The position numbers and the translations under genes are program-made. A model generated the notes under the pieces. It was not told the DNA's origin. It was given only the letters and a program-made list of their open reading frames with translations, and ran no database searches. 64,000 nt of DNA, taken from contig JBLDXI010000024.1 of NCBI GenBank assembly GCA_047495785.1, positions 5,208,001 to 5,272,000 on the forward strand, given 5' to 3'. This DNA is from Lepidodermella squamata (lineage: Eukaryota; Animalia; Gastrotricha). Below are positions 1-14,600 of the stretch, one piece after another (within the stretch, counting starts at the first letter, position 1; each line of letters begins with the position of its first letter).

Positions 1-326
1 AAAGACTGATGCTATTTTCTTATTGCGCAGTTGACGTTTCCCCGGATAATCTGAGGTTAGGAATCTTGCTAGATATCCAAAAATTGCGGTGTAATCAAGC
101 TAGCGCCTCGTGACAGTCTAAATCGATCGACACTTCGGGTTTCCCGTTTTTTTAGGAGGATGGGAGCCTCATAGAGGTGTTAATTTTGAAAATTTAAAAT
201 CCTCAAAAGCCATAACTCAACCCGTACATTTCCGTAGGTACCTATACCTTGGAGCTTGGATTTTATTATGTTCGGTTTTAATATCTGAATTACTGGTTAA
301 TTTTGGTTGTTTCCTTCATTTCTTAG

Positions 327-470
327 AAACCATCGAACGTCGAATGTTGCAATGCCGCAAATTCCAGCTCGTTCACTGCCCGCCCACCTTATGATTCCAC
401 TCGGGCCGTCCAGTAACGGCAAATCCAGTAGCAAAGCGTCATCGGCCAAGTCGTCGCGGCCTTCGCTATA
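327..470 (+). CDS. Possible terminal exon of an upstream gene (Ser/Pro-rich tail)
   Basis: Pyrimidine-rich acceptor (ttcatttcttag, AG 325-326), then an open GC-richer frame NHRTSNVAMPQIP...SSRPSL ending TAG. No family recognised. Confidence 0.3.
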
Positions 471-689
471 GCTTGCTAATTGTTCTTCTTTTTGTGACTT
501 CCAATCTCAAACATGCATCATAATTTTAATACTTGCATTACTTCGCAGCAATTTTTTTTATGAAAAAAACGGGAATTTCTTGATTGATTTATCCGTGATT
601 TTATTTTTTTAGAATAATTTAAAATTAAGAAAAGAAAAGATGCGGAATCGCGCCACCAGTGCGGAGTTTTTCTTCATTTCGAGATTAGT

Positions 690-2942
690 CTACTTGATGA
701 CTACTCTCAGGTAGCGAGTTGGCCTCGAATTCACGTTAGTAGAAAACGTTCTGCTGTACGAAATCGACGACGAGGCGTTCGGCGAAACCACGCACGACTG
801 AGGGCGTCTGCTCTGGCTAGGAAACATTCTCGCCGACTGGTAGAACCCCTCGCTGGCGAAGGCGGCCGATGTGGGCCGATTCGGCGATGTAGTAATGATA
901 ACAGGGTCTAGATTGGCGGGTTTTAGCGGGATGTTTCGCGGGATGACGGTCGCTTTGGCAACCGGGTCGATCGGGTAAGACGCGAAGTCGGCCGAGTTTT
1001 CTTTCGCCAGCCGCCTCGCCCGCCGTCTTTCGCGCAAATCACCGGGGTCCAGCGTGCGAGTGCGCCTTTTCGGCACGTCTTCCTCCGCGTCTTTCGTCTC
1101 GTTATTAACGTGGCTCGGGATTTCTGGCTGTTTTTCAGCGTAGTCGGCCGCCGATTCGATGAGAAGCTCGAGTAGGTGAATGTGATTGACGACGTCGTAG
1201 GGCGACGTTGATTGGCAGAGCGTTGGGCCGAAAATTGTCGCTAGCGATTCGACGCTCATTCCGCCGGGTTGTCTGCTGATCCAGCGCAAATGTCGCGTCA
1301 AAAACGTGAGAGTGGCAAAATGGCTCGGCGGCATCAACGGCTCAATTTCACGCGGACTTGTTATCTAGTGTGGAAACAATGGCAAAATGAGAAATGAGAA
1401 ATTTACGAAGTCATGCTGGTCTGGTAATTTTCGAAATTTTTCAAATGGGAAGAAATTTATCTCAATTTGAAAACAATATTTAATTTTGAATTTTTGAAAT
1501 TTAGTAACGATTTTCCAATTTTTCGAATGAAGTTGGAACATTTTCGGATTTACCAGTTTTTTTGCAATTTTGTCTTACATTCCTCTCCTATGTTAAATTT
1601 TCATTCAAGGAAAGATGACTTTCCGAATAGTCCTGATTTGTAATTTAATTTTGCTAATAGTAAAAAAATTAAACGAAAATATGTATGCGAGCTGAGGCTT
1701 CTTTTTCTCGAAGATTGAGTTACGGAGGCATGCTGCCTGTTTGAAGTGTGAATAACTTGGAAAATACAAAGTGGTACAAACTGGTTAAAATCGAGCTTGG
1801 CACATTAAATTTTGCTAGTTGCCGTGAGCGAACTTGTTTGCTTTAATTTTGGCTGAAAGTAGTGAAATTGCCCACCAATTTGGACCGAAACAGAGGGCAT
1901 AGCGATATAGGCCAACCGAGAGGTTAATTTTTCCACTAATCGCTTATGAACAAAGTAAGGCAAAATATTGATAATTTGGCAATTGTTTAACATTTTAAAT
2001 CTCATTTTGACTAAAGGGTGTCTCATAAAAAAGCCGCCGAAGGAAGTACAGTGAAAAGTGATGAATGTGAGAATTCTCAAAATCTAAAACTTCTGGCGAT
2101 TTTTGATCATCAGGTCTGAGGATATTTTGAATGCCATGAAACTGCCAAACAAACTTCATAAACCAGTCGAAAAATGCGAAAAATTCGAAGTTGGTAACTA
2201 ACCATCTAAAACTAAATATCGCTATCAATGTTTTCTTAGTAGAGAGCGGATTCAAAGCGCTTCTAGTAAACATAAATTTTATAAAATTACAAAAATTCTC
2301 TGGAAAAAGTTAAAAAAAACAGTGGGGCAACCTGAAATTGTTCTCTCCGGCTTGAAGCGAGCCCCTAAGTATGTTGGTCGAATAGCTGAAATTCTTACCT
2401 GATGTGCTTTTATTGGAATCAAAGGGGTCGGCAGCGAGCTTAGGTAGAGCTTTAACAGCGAAGCAACCGCATTCACTCGCTGGCTGGTAGCGCCATCGTC
2501 CGAAATGGGCGGTGGCTCTTCGGAATGCGCCTCGAACCACGCCCGCAGCGAATCCACCTCCGCTTTAGCGCCCGGGATGCGGTAGATATTCCGCACACAG
2601 CCGCCTAAATTCGCGTCTCTCTCGACCATAGACAGCCGCTGATGTTGTCGCTGCTGTTGTGCGATGTGATTTTCTACGAAATTGACGCACCATTCGACGA
2701 CGAGGGGGATTTTTCGATTTTCAGGAATGTTAGCTTCCAACGAACAGCCGAACACTTTGCCACGCGGTGTTGCTGCTCCGTAAGCGCGGATTGCTGATTT
2801 TTCTGATTTTTGCTGCTGTTCCAATTGTTGCTTTTGCCGCTTGGTCCTGTTTAGACCCAAGAAGCTGAAGAAAAAATCGAAAAACTTTGAATTTTAAAAT
2901 CTTTAATTAATGAAGATTTTCTCACTCTAAGCAAGAAGTCAT
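690..2942 (-). CDS. RhoGAP-domain protein (3 exons, ~385 aa)
   Basis: Exons 2942-2926, 2864-2399, 1364-690 join in frame with GT-AG introns. RhoGAP motifs: VFGCSLE, IPLVVEWCV, IYRIPG (arginine finger), VASLLKLYLSSLPTPLIP, MSVESLATIFGPTL. Confidence 0.88.
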
Positions 2943-5653
2943 TGATTATTCGCTCTCAGGTCGTTAGCATTTTTCTAAAATAAAATGATCTAGAGAAAAA
3001 TATACAAAATATGAAATTTTGAAAAATGCTATCTATAGATTTTGCTGAGCTCATTCGAGCGTGACGTAGCTTTTATTGCCTAAAAATGTCTACAATTTTC
3101 TAAAAATATTCCAACTAATATCATCCTCCGCGTAGTTGTCCACAATCGAGAGCCTCGATCGTCTGAAACATTCCTCGAGGAAATTGGCAATAAATCGCGG
3201 GCGGCTATGTACAAAACGGAGTCAAGCTCGCTCTACCGTGCGTTAATCGAGTGTTTACATGGCACTAAAATGCAATCACCCGTGAAAAAATCGTAGATTA
3301 ACCTCTATTTTTTACGTCACTAGTATGCGATAAAATCAGATTCTTTCTTCGAAAATTGGTAGCTCGAAGTTTTCTAGAACTAAAAAAATCGAGATTGACA
3401 TTATTTAACGATTGAAGAAAATGAGCTTGAGTGACAGAAGTTTTGGTGAGAAAATTCAATAAAAACGCATGAATTAAAGAGTCATTTACCAGCTGTTTTA
3501 ATATAAAAACAAACTTGACGATGGGAAGATGTGACTGTGAGTCACTTGTGCTTACATCACGAACACGATGAAAAACTTAATGTGATTAATGTGTTTTTAA
3601 TACTACAAGTGCGTGAAAGCAATCAAGCGTTGATAAGAATCGCTCGAGTTGGGCCTTGAGGATGGCCTTTGAAGATGATAATTGCTGGTGCTCCGTAATA
3701 ACCACTCTATAAAATTTCACCCCCTACGATAATGGCCGACGGGTGTATCTTCAGTGGTCATCTCCGGGGCATTTCACACTTAGGGGCTAGTATAGTAGTG
3801 GGGAGGGAGGTCGATGTAGCAAATACAAGGCGTGTGTGTGTGTCTAAGGTATGCACCGGCTGTTATTTGCCCGCGTGTTATGATTGCAACTAATGCCGAC
3901 GACGACGAGGTAGGATTTTTGTGTTTGTTGAAGAAGGGCGGCCTGGGATGGTAGGGCGCATCCGCGGTAATGTATAGCTTTGTTTTTACAGGCTCAAGTG
4001 ACGTCTCGCTCGACAGTATAAAATAACGTCGTCATCATCTGCATGCAAAAGTATCGCAACGAGCGATTATTACTATTATATAGTACCACCACCACTACCA
4101 CTACTACGACGTACGACCACGTCGTACGATACCTACGATATGAGAAGGAGGCGAAAAAAGCAGCGTACATTGAAAATAAAAGCTCGAGTTATACGAAACA
4201 CATCTTAGCTGGAATAATAATAATAATAATAATAATATTAGTAGTATTTAACTACTAAATGCAACGTGTGTATACGTGTATATTAATCGCGGCTGAAAAT
4301 CTGTTTATTACGAACACGAAGACGGGCTGTTTTGTTACACTTGCGTGCTGTGTTTTGCAGTTTGCAGCCGCAGCCACCCCGCGCCGCTAGGCCGCAAATA
4401 ATAATGAAAATAATTAATGGACCCTGTGCGAGCAAGCGAGCGAGTGAGCGCGGAACCAAACATTTTTTCTGCTACACCACTTGCTTCTTTGTTATTGTCA
4501 GTTTTTGAAATTCGTCTCTGTCTCTTCCTTAGTGGATAGCGGAGTGAGTCTCGCTCGGTGAGACGCGGCAAACACCTGAGAGCGAAAAATGGCGGATTTT
4601 CTTGAGATTGTGTTGAAGTGCAACAATGCTTTGCCGGCACTAATTGTTTGGCGTAATAATCTGTCTGAGAAGTGAAGGGCAATAAAATAACCCGAGTTTT
4701 TCAATTGGCTCGCTGAATAATTTATGTGGTAATTTCGCTGAGATGACACTTGACGATTTGCGGAAGCTAATGTTCCGCTTACGGCTTTGTGAAGATTGAG
4801 TAATAATGAAATGAGTAAGAAAGACTTGGAAACTTCAAGATGATCGAAATGCTAGAGTAGTAGAATTCAATGCATAAATTGATCACTGTGAAAACTGGAA
4901 GTTCCTGTTTCCGCTTTTCAAATACAACTCGTGGAAGTTTCCGCCGATTCTAAATTTTTGAACTAATTTGTAGAAAAAATAGCTAAGGAAAGAGCGAATA
5001 ATATTCAAACTTGGCTGTAAAATTTATTTTTCACTTAATTGCTGTTTCTTAGTTCTTTTTGAATATTTTTTTGCTAAAACTAATCTAAATTGGTGATCTT
5101 TATGAACCGACAATTTTTTGCGAATTTTCCTGGAATGTTCACCTTCTGATAATAACGCGAAAGGCCTCGAAAGGTCGACTGGAAGATGGAAATGAAAGTT
5201 ATGTATCTAGCTGAAACCTTCAATCTTTGTTTGCATGGTTTCATATAAACGTTCAATAATTGTTTTTATTTTTTCGCGGGAAAAATATTTGACAATTTTC
5301 TTTCTGAAATCGGGGTCCTTTCTAAACTATAAAACAATAATTTCTCACCTTTCTTGTTAGTCTTTCTCTTCTCTTCAACTGGACTTCAATACTGTACAAT
5401 CTTTGTTGCTTCTCGAAAATCTCTACGATTTTCTCTTAACAAATTTTGACAATTCGATTTTTTCTGATTGTCTAGGATTGATTTTATTTAGTGAAGTGTT
5501 TAGACCACATTCTACTCGTGCCTTGTGTTGCCTCGCAATCCGACGAGCAGCTTCGCCCTGCTTGACAGATCACGAAACCGACCGTTCCGTTTTTCCGAGT
5601 CTTTCATCTCCGCCGCTCATCACCGCGAACCGACTGAAAAATAACTAGCAACC

Positions 5654-8600
5654 ATGGACAGTGGCAATCGCAACAGCAACAACAGCAATGGCCGCGTTCT
5701 CTCGACCTCAACACCGCTCAACGCCGCGAATCAGCAGCCGCAAATATCCGCGAAGCCCGGCGCCGCTGTTCTCAACACGCCGTCGCTCTTCGTACAACCG
5801 CCGAATCTGCAACAGCAGCAACAGCCGTCGCCTGTTGTGATGCCGCCGCCTGATGTCGAGCCCATCGACGCCGTGGCGGCGCTTCGATCGCCACTGAGAC
5901 CGATCAACTCGTCGCCGGCTGCTTCGCCCGGCCAGTCGGCATCAGGTTAGCTTAAATTATTTTTTAAATTGTTGAATTTTTTAAAAAAAAAATCGCCGTA
6001 TTTAACAATCATTTTGGTGAAAAAATTTGAAAATTACTGGATAATGGAAGTTTTTAAATTTAGACTTATTAGGAAATTGAATTTCAGTAGCTTGAATTTT
6101 TTGCGGTAATTTACTCAACAAAGGCAGCTAAATTTAAGGTTACTAGGACGGTATTTAATGCTTTCTTGTTCTTATTTTATTTAGCGTTGAATATGAGGTG
6201 TAAAGGTTCCTTTGAAGTTACTACTATGGTACTAGTGCGTTGATACAGATGCTTTCGCTTTCTCTTTTGTCATGTTTTTATGAGCGTTGACCTGCTTTAA
6301 ATCGTTCAGCAGATACATTCCAGCTTTGACTTGAATGGCCTAATTTTTCTGGATTTCCCAAATTATTCGACGGTGAATGCTCTAAGATAAAGCACCCTCT
6401 TCCTGTTCAAATATTTAATTTATATTTTAACGGCGTGGTACCGATCGAAATACAGAAATTTTCGCACTTGAGCATAAGAAGACGTTCGCCAAGGTCTATG
6501 CCCATTTTACTAACTCGAAAAAGTATGCAATTGATATACCGTAGCGCGGGATAATTTTTGACAAAACCAAGTTTCTAATTTCAACGATTATCTTAAAAAA
6601 GGAATCAATACTTCATATTGAAATTTTCCAAATTTTAAAACATCGAATTAAAGATTTTTATTGTTGCCAATATATAATTGGAATTTTTCTAGGAGCTATA
6701 AAGGTTGATGTTGATGACTTTCCAGGCGCAGTTCGGCCGAACCGGGTGGTGACAGCGCTGCGGCTTCCGACCGTCAGCGACTACTCGCAGCAGGAGCCGT
6801 CGACGGTGAACCAGAGCCAGACGCTGCCAGGCGGCGGCCAGTCGGCCAGCAACAACGCCACGTCGTCGTCGCTGCTGTCGGTCGCCTCGCCGTCGCCGTC
6901 GCCGGCCGACCGCGGCGTGGGCGGAGCCGGGCGGCGGCCGCGGCCTCGCCACGACTCGGAGTCGGAGAACCGCATCCTAACGCCGACGGCCCACCGCCGC
7001 ACCGTCTACACGGCCGGCCGGCCGCCCTGGTACGACTGGCAGGGCAACAACGGCATGAACGGCGAGACGGCCCTCGCGCCCGACAAGAAGCCGTTCGTCA
7101 TCGGCATTTGCGGTGGTTCAGCTTCAGGTAAACTCGAAAAACGAACACTAAAAATGCAGATCAAACTGAATTTTATTCGAATTCTTCAAGTGACAACATT
7201 TCAACTTGCTTATGGAATATTCGCTATTTTGGACACCTGATACCATTAGATATAAATGACAATTTTCACTGCCGATATCTGAAAATCACTGATTTGTGAA
7301 ATCAATAACAAATCGATATTTGGTCTGCAGGCCGAAAAATTTGGGATTTAAAGGAAGGAACTTGAAAACCCATGTTGGGGAGATATTTTTGTGCTGGGAT
7401 CAAAATTGGAGGTTTACTTATTTAATTTATTTATTGTAAAATTCTTTTCGCAAAATGTCAATGTTTTTCACGTCTTGTTTACTAAAAATATAGCTATGTA
7501 TCCCATTATTTGGACAACACATTTTCATACCTTTTTATACCCTTTTTACCGTTGAAATATTTACTTTTTCGGCTTCAGGTAAGACGACTGTGGCGAAGAA
7601 AATCGTTGAAGTGCTGGACGTGCAATGGGTGTCGCTCGTGTCGATGGACTCGTTCTACAAAGTGCTGGACGACGACCAGCACGAGCGAGCCCTGCGCTCC
7701 GAGTACAACTTCGACGCCCCGTCGGCCTTCGACGTCGAGCTGCTCGTCGACACGCTGACGCGGCTCAAGGCGTGGAAGTCGGTCGACGTGCCCGTCTACA
7801 ACTTCACGACGCACTCGCGCGAGAAGCACACGCGAACTATCTACGGTGCCAATGTCGTCATTCTGGAGGTAAAAACTGAATTTTTGCTGTAATTTCTTGT
7901 GAAAAATTTGCTGTTGGAATTTGATAGCATTTTCGATATTAAATCGGAAAAATGTGAAAATTATGCCACATGTCATTAAATATCGTTTCGGGGCAATGGC
8001 CTTTTTCTGGGCTAAATTCTCATATTTTTCGGAGTTATTCGATTTTGACCTCCATAATGTATTTTTCAATTTAACCTAATTTTGTATTTTCGCTTATATT
8101 TTCAGGGTATAATGGCGTTCTGTGATCAATCCCTACTCGATGTGATGGACCTGAGAATATTCGTCGACACGGACGCCGACATTCGGTTGGCGCGGCGGTT
8201 GACGCGTGACATTCTGGAGCGTGGTCGCGATCTCGAGGGCGTCCTCAAGCAGTACAACAAATTCGTAAAGCCAGCGTATGAAAACCACATCGAGCCGACG
8301 CGGTGCAAGGCCGACATTGTCGTGCCTCGGGGCGGCGACAACCAGGCTGCGATCAAGCTCATCGCTCAGCATGTGCACAACCAACTGGTGGCCCGCGGCA
8401 ACACGGGCATGCGCTCCAAGCTGGGCGCCCTCGGCGGCGCCAATGGCTGCACACACCCGTGCGGCAACCCGAAAACGTTGTATGTCCTCGAAAGCACGCT
8501 ACAGGTGAGCTGAATCTAAATTCTCAGATCAACTATGGGAATCTACTTATACCAATAATTCACTGATTTAATTGAGTAATTAGACAGTCTTTTAGCGGAA

Positions 8601-11600
8601 CCCAGTTTTAATATTTCAAAATTTGGTTGCGCAAAAGAAAGACTTTATAAAACCTATTTCGAGCTAATTAAGTGTGTCCAAGTGAGAGCAACACCGCATC
8701 TTTTCTCTATGAGTCAGTGACAATTTAAAATTTTACCGTTGTACCTCTTCCCATTCCCGATTTAAATTGTCGATTTTTTCATATTCGTTGGCGAATTTTT
8801 CATCGGTTATCTGCAATGTGTGTTTCCAAAGAATTTGCCATAGGTTTTTAAAGTACCCCAATTCCGTTTTTTGTGTGTTATTTTTTGAGACTCATGACGG
8901 TATAGATTTCGGGATTTGACGATGCATGGTTGTTGAATTTTCAGGTGAAAGGCATGCATTCGATCATCCGAAATAAGGACACGTCTCGCGACGATTTCGT
9001 CTTCTACTCGAAGCGGTTGATGCGTCTGCTCGTCGAATACGCCGCCTCGTTGCTGCCCTACCGGCACGCGACGGTGTACACCCCGCAGGCGACGGCCTAC
9101 CCCGGGCAACGCGTCGATGCTGTCGACACTTGCGCCGTTTCTATTCTACGGGCTGGGGAAACTCTCGAACCAGCCGTTCGCTCAGTCATCAAAGACATTC
9201 AAATTGGTAATTTTTATTCCTTAAAAAACCTTGAAAATCTGTATAAATTATGCCGAAAAATATTGTCTTTGGAATTGTATACCGTTTTCAGTAGAAAACG
9301 AGTGGGTTATTGGTGATCGTCAGGTTTCTAACTTGGAGAGTCTTGGATGCTAACACGAGGCGTATTTGTAGGAGGCATAATGTGGGAAAAACGGAGAGAT
9401 TACTATATATCAACTTTTGAATCTTTCCCAGCTTAGATTTATCGTTTAATCCGTCCAAAGCCTATTAGATTCTGGTTAGTTCCCAAGCTTGAAAAATAGC
9501 GAAGAGTCAACGCAATCGTCTCCTTATGAATCATGGGAATTGGTGCTGGAAAAAGTTGAAAATAGCTCACTTCTCTTTATTTTGATTACCTCAATCACTG
9601 AATCCGCAAATTTAGGAGAGTTTATTTGGTGAACTATCAAAACAATCGGTTTCGCATTACTTTATTTATTTGCGTAGAAATTACTAATCGATAATCTTGA
9701 AATATAGGATCAGGGGGAATTTTAGATTAAAGAGTTAACCAAAAAATCAAATAATATTAGCGAGTCATTTTCTCATCAGGTTTTTCTCAGTAGAAAACTT
9801 CGGGGTAGCGGTCGATCACCAGTTTTCTGGTGGAATCATCCATTCTGTCCAATAGGTAAGCTGCAGTTTCGCTGTCTCGTTCAATGGCCGAGTCGGCAGC
9901 TGTGGAACCGTCGTTGCTAAGAACGTTGACATCCGCCCCACGCTCTACCAAGAGTTTAGTCAAGTCGTACGAGAACAAGGCTGCACTGAACAGCGGCGTT
10001 TTGCCTGCATAGTTATTCTTTGCGTTGACAGACACTCCTTTCTCGATCATATATTCGGCGATTTTAAAAGAATCGTTGTTATTATTCGAAGCTAACGGAA
10101 ATAACAGATTTTCACCCGCAAAGTCCACGTCGAAAATCGGAGCCCCGTGGTCGATGAAAAACCTGAACGTGTCATAATCGCAGATTGCCATCAATCTCAC
10201 GAGAGCCGTTCTGTCGAACCTGTTTTTGATTCGTAACGACGCTCCGTTTTCCACCAGAACTCGAGCCATTGAATTGCTCTGCGACAAAGATAGCAATGTC
10301 TCGTCGAATTGAGGCAGAGGCTCGTTCAGCCGATAAAGACTCGCGTCGGTTTTTTCAAACAATATTTTCAATGCCTGATCGCCAGTTTTTTCGTTGTACG
10401 TGGCGGCGAACGCTGTGTCGTACTCTGAACCGGAGATGGAGACCTTGTTACTCAGCAACAAATCGATGAGTTGAGGCGCATATTCAGTATTTCCTATCGC
10501 CATCGGGAACAACTCAGGGCCTACTTCCGCCTGCCCGTTTTGCAAGAGCGAGGCGAGCCACGCAACTGGACTTTCGCTCTTCATGACATGTTGCATCCAA
10601 CTGAGCTTCAAACTCCTGGTCCAGCCTCGAGTAGCTAGCAGGGTTTCGTGATTTTCAACGACTAGTTTTACGAGTGATAAATTTCTCTCATCAAAAAAAA
10701 GGCTAGTATAGTTTGAAGTGATCGTCAAATTCATAAGCATAGCACCGGGTGAGTTTGGCTCAAGGTAGGGCTGCAAGAACGTCTCGAGAGTAGCCTTCCG
10801 GTTCCTTGCTAACCACTGTAATATTTCTTTGTTGTTCGATTCCAGAAGCAGTTTTTTGTAGAATAAGCCATCTGCTGGAGTCACACCTTGTGCAATGAGA
10901 AAACGAATGATTTCCATGTCTACAGTTCGCAGCATGAAGTATTGGCGGACCGCTATGTCCAGCAATGATTCGCCATCTGTCGTCTTGTCGTTCACAGATG
11001 CGCCGTTTTTCATCAGAAATTTGATCATTTCCAGCTTATTCTTCAGGTTGTAGCCTACAACAGCACCCATGATAGGCGTCATATCGAATAAACCTTTCGC
11101 ATGAATCTGAGCTCCGCTTCTCAGGAGAAATTCAGTGATTTCAATAACCGCAGATTGCGCTGCGTAATGAATAGCCGAAAAATTGTACGCATCTCCTTTG
11201 TGAACTGAGGCGCCTTTTTGAACGAGCATTTTGACGATCGCCAGGCAATTATTGGCGTTCCTGCGGTTGCATCTCGCAGCTTTGTGCATGCACGTTACGC
11301 TCTCGTTTCCCACTTTCCATCTCGGATCAACCAAGTTAGTGTTGAGTTTACCCTTGATTTCCAGCAGGCGCGTCAATGATTTGAACTCTGAGAAATTGCC
11401 GCTCTCGCACGCGTCCATCCAGCGGCCGTTGATGCGAAACAGTGAACTAGCATTCAGAGGCTGCGTTAAATTTGAAAAGTTATCTTTTTTGGTACTAGGG
11501 TTGGCTTAGTTTACCAGTGATGATGAGCTGATGGCTAAGCTAGGCTGGATCGCGATCGTCAACAGAAAAATAATGGACAGCAGCATTTTAGTCAGAACTT

Positions 11601-14600
11601 CAGAAATATTATAAATGAAGACAATGAAAAGTGATGTGCAAATCTACACAGATATACGGAGGGGGCGGTTATCGTGTGAAAATTGGCGTCTTGTTAATCC
11701 GATTGTAGAGCTTTCCCAGGTAATGCTCGGCTATTGTGCAAAATATGTTTCAGCCCTGCACTGAAATGTGGGAAATTATTTGCCATAATGTGCTTTCGTA
11801 TTTTAATTGCACGGTTCATGCTAGTCAACTTGACGATTTTTAACCAAAATATATTCTAGGTCAGAAACGGTTAGTCTCCAGTTAAATTATATAAATCTCG
11901 AAGGAATGAAAGGCTGAATGATGAAGCATCACTTTCAAGCTTGAGACTTCCCTAGAATTAGAGGGATCAAGTCAACTTCTGGCGTGTTTCGGACATGTCG
12001 CCATAGTTTCTTCATCTGCTATAATTTTTTCATACCATAAGACGCATTTTATTCAAGGATAAGGGATTCACTTATTTTTCAGAATTTGAAGCATATTGGG
12101 AAGATTAATTAGGTATTGTATCAATGCATGGAATTATAGCTGCTTGCAAGAAAGTAAAAAGAATATCAGTTTTCGCGGGAGCTCTTAATTAGTAACACCG
12201 GCATTACTGTTAGGAAAGTCAATTATCATCGATCATTAGTTCAGAACTCCCGGCCGATTCTTCATGGTTTGCGCGATCGCCGACTCGGACATCCTGTCCA
12301 GTAGATAAAAAGCGGAATCGGTATTTAATCCTATTGCTGCATCGAGGGCAGTCCTGTTTGCATTGTTGACCACGTTGACATCAGCACCTTTGTCCACAAG
12401 CAGTTTCAAAATGTCACTTCCAGGATTAGTAGCAGCTCCAAATAGTGGCGTATCGCCAGTTCGGTTGTTCCTGCCATTGACGGAGATGCCCTTGTCGATC
12501 AAATATTGAGTCAGGTCCTTGCAACTTGTTGCATAAAATAGCAGGCTTTGGTTGTCCGAATCAACGTCGTAAATCGAGGCACCACGATCGATCAGGTACA
12601 AAAACGTGTTGTATAAACATAGAGGAGCTACCGCCATTAATGGGGTTTTGTTACTATTCATTCTCAGCTTCAACGACGCACCAGCCTCTACTAGCCTGGC
12701 TATTTTCCCATTATCTGTAAATCGCCAATGCTCCATCCGAGCCATCGTGGCCAAACGGCGTTCAGATATTGGCGTAAATTCGCTTTCTCGAATAGAAGAT
12801 TCAGTGCTCGACTTCCGTTAGGATTACTAACCGCCGCTTCCAATGTATCAATTTCAGCTCCTGCTATCGAAACATTGTATCTTAGCAATAGGTCCAGTAA
12901 TTCGGGTGCAAATTGGCTGTGCTCAGCTGCCTTCGGGTAAAGGTTAGCGCCAATTTCGGTCCCATTATCCAGCATTTCTTTCAACAACTGCGTAACATTT
13001 TCGCTGCTAAAAATTCGAGTAATTTTTGAAACGTGGTTCCATGGGAAGTCGAAAGTTGCATAGATGGCATTTCCAATATGGGGTCTCATATTATTATTTA
13101 GAACAACCTCCGTGATATTTGTAGTATTCGCCATTGCGAAGACTGGTTTCAAGTTTTCCGTGTATGGCTGAAAGTACGCTTCGAGTTCTTCCGGTCGATT
13201 GATTGCAATCCATTTAAGGGGGCCAAGATTCCTGCAAAACACAGCCCGTCTGATGACATCGTTGTCTACAACAGCGCCATTGTTTACCAGTAGCTCGACA
13301 ACCGCAGTTGGAGCGGCAAAGTTGATGGCATACTCCGCAACGCTCATATTATAGAACGGGCCTATCCGTTCGTTGACAGACAACCCGTGCTTGATAAGTA
13401 GTCGAATCGTGTCTAGTTGATTCGGTCCTTGGATGAAGAGAACTGCGTTGAAAATCGCGCTTTCACCGAACCTGGCCCCGGCTTTGACGTTCGCTCCCTT
13501 CCTGATGAGCAACTCGGCGATTTGAACGCATGCGGATCTCGCAGCTATGTGAAGTGCCGAGCTATTATCAAGGCGAGAACGTGTGTCTATCTTTGCTCCA
13601 ATTGCTAGTAAGTGTTCGATCAATTTCAAACGCGCGGTTGTTGTTGAATTGCCCGCCTTGCATTTAACTGCTTCAAGTAAGCAGTACCCGTCGCTATAAA
13701 AGAGCGGATTGGGCCAGTTAACGTCAAATTTCCCTTTCGATTCCAACTGCGCGGCTATGGTTTTGAATTTTCCCAAGTCGCCATTGTAACACGAATCAAG
13801 CATTCGTAGTCGCATCCGATATCCTTCAGCAGCTTTCGAAGGCTTGAAGTAATAGTACATGCAGTGTACATGCATACATCTGTTTAATATCGCAAGATTG
13901 CTTACCTTCAAAATTGGCGGGAAGCCGTTGCCAAATGCTGTTGAAGCTACACTCGAAAATAGCAATATTAGAATATTTCCGTTCATGTTCATGACTGTCA
14001 CTTGTTATAATAAATTTCTCCTGGCTTATATAGCCCAAATTATCTTTCAACACATAGGTGTAAAGTTGCATCCTGATCGTGGGAAAGTTTTAAGCGCTAA
14101 GCCGATTACCCCTCGCGGGAAAAATAGCTGGGAAGCGTTTTTTCAGATTTTTCTTGTTAATGACGTTGAATCTCAAAACCAAACCAGCAGGCATTTTTAC
14201 GTTTGAGATGCCGTCCCTAATATATTATTAACCCCGGGTTCGATGCAATAGATGATTGATGTGACGAAATACGTGAGAGGGTGGTTATCGTGTGAAAAAT
14301 GGCTATGATCCGGTTGATCCGATTAGAGATCTTTCTTGGCTCCTCGTTATGGAAACGAAGCCCCACTAATGGTTTGTGGGGAACATTATACCTAATGCCT
14401 CGAATGATAGTCGCAAGTTCACCGTGGGAAAGTGCTTTTTATTTCATATCGCATTAATGATATATCGATACATTACGCTCTCGGTATATAACGCATTTTA
14501 TTGAATAATAGGCTTGTTATTTTCAAATGTTGAAAATTATAGGCTATTGAAGGAAAAAGTTGTGAGTTATGTTAAGCGTAAAGTTTTTGCATATTGGAGA

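Noticed and set aside
7575-8566. Many overlapping antisense and alternate-frame ORFs over GC-rich exons (also at 29-32 kb and 44-45 kb)
   Set aside because: Shadow ORFs caused by high GC3 in real exons.
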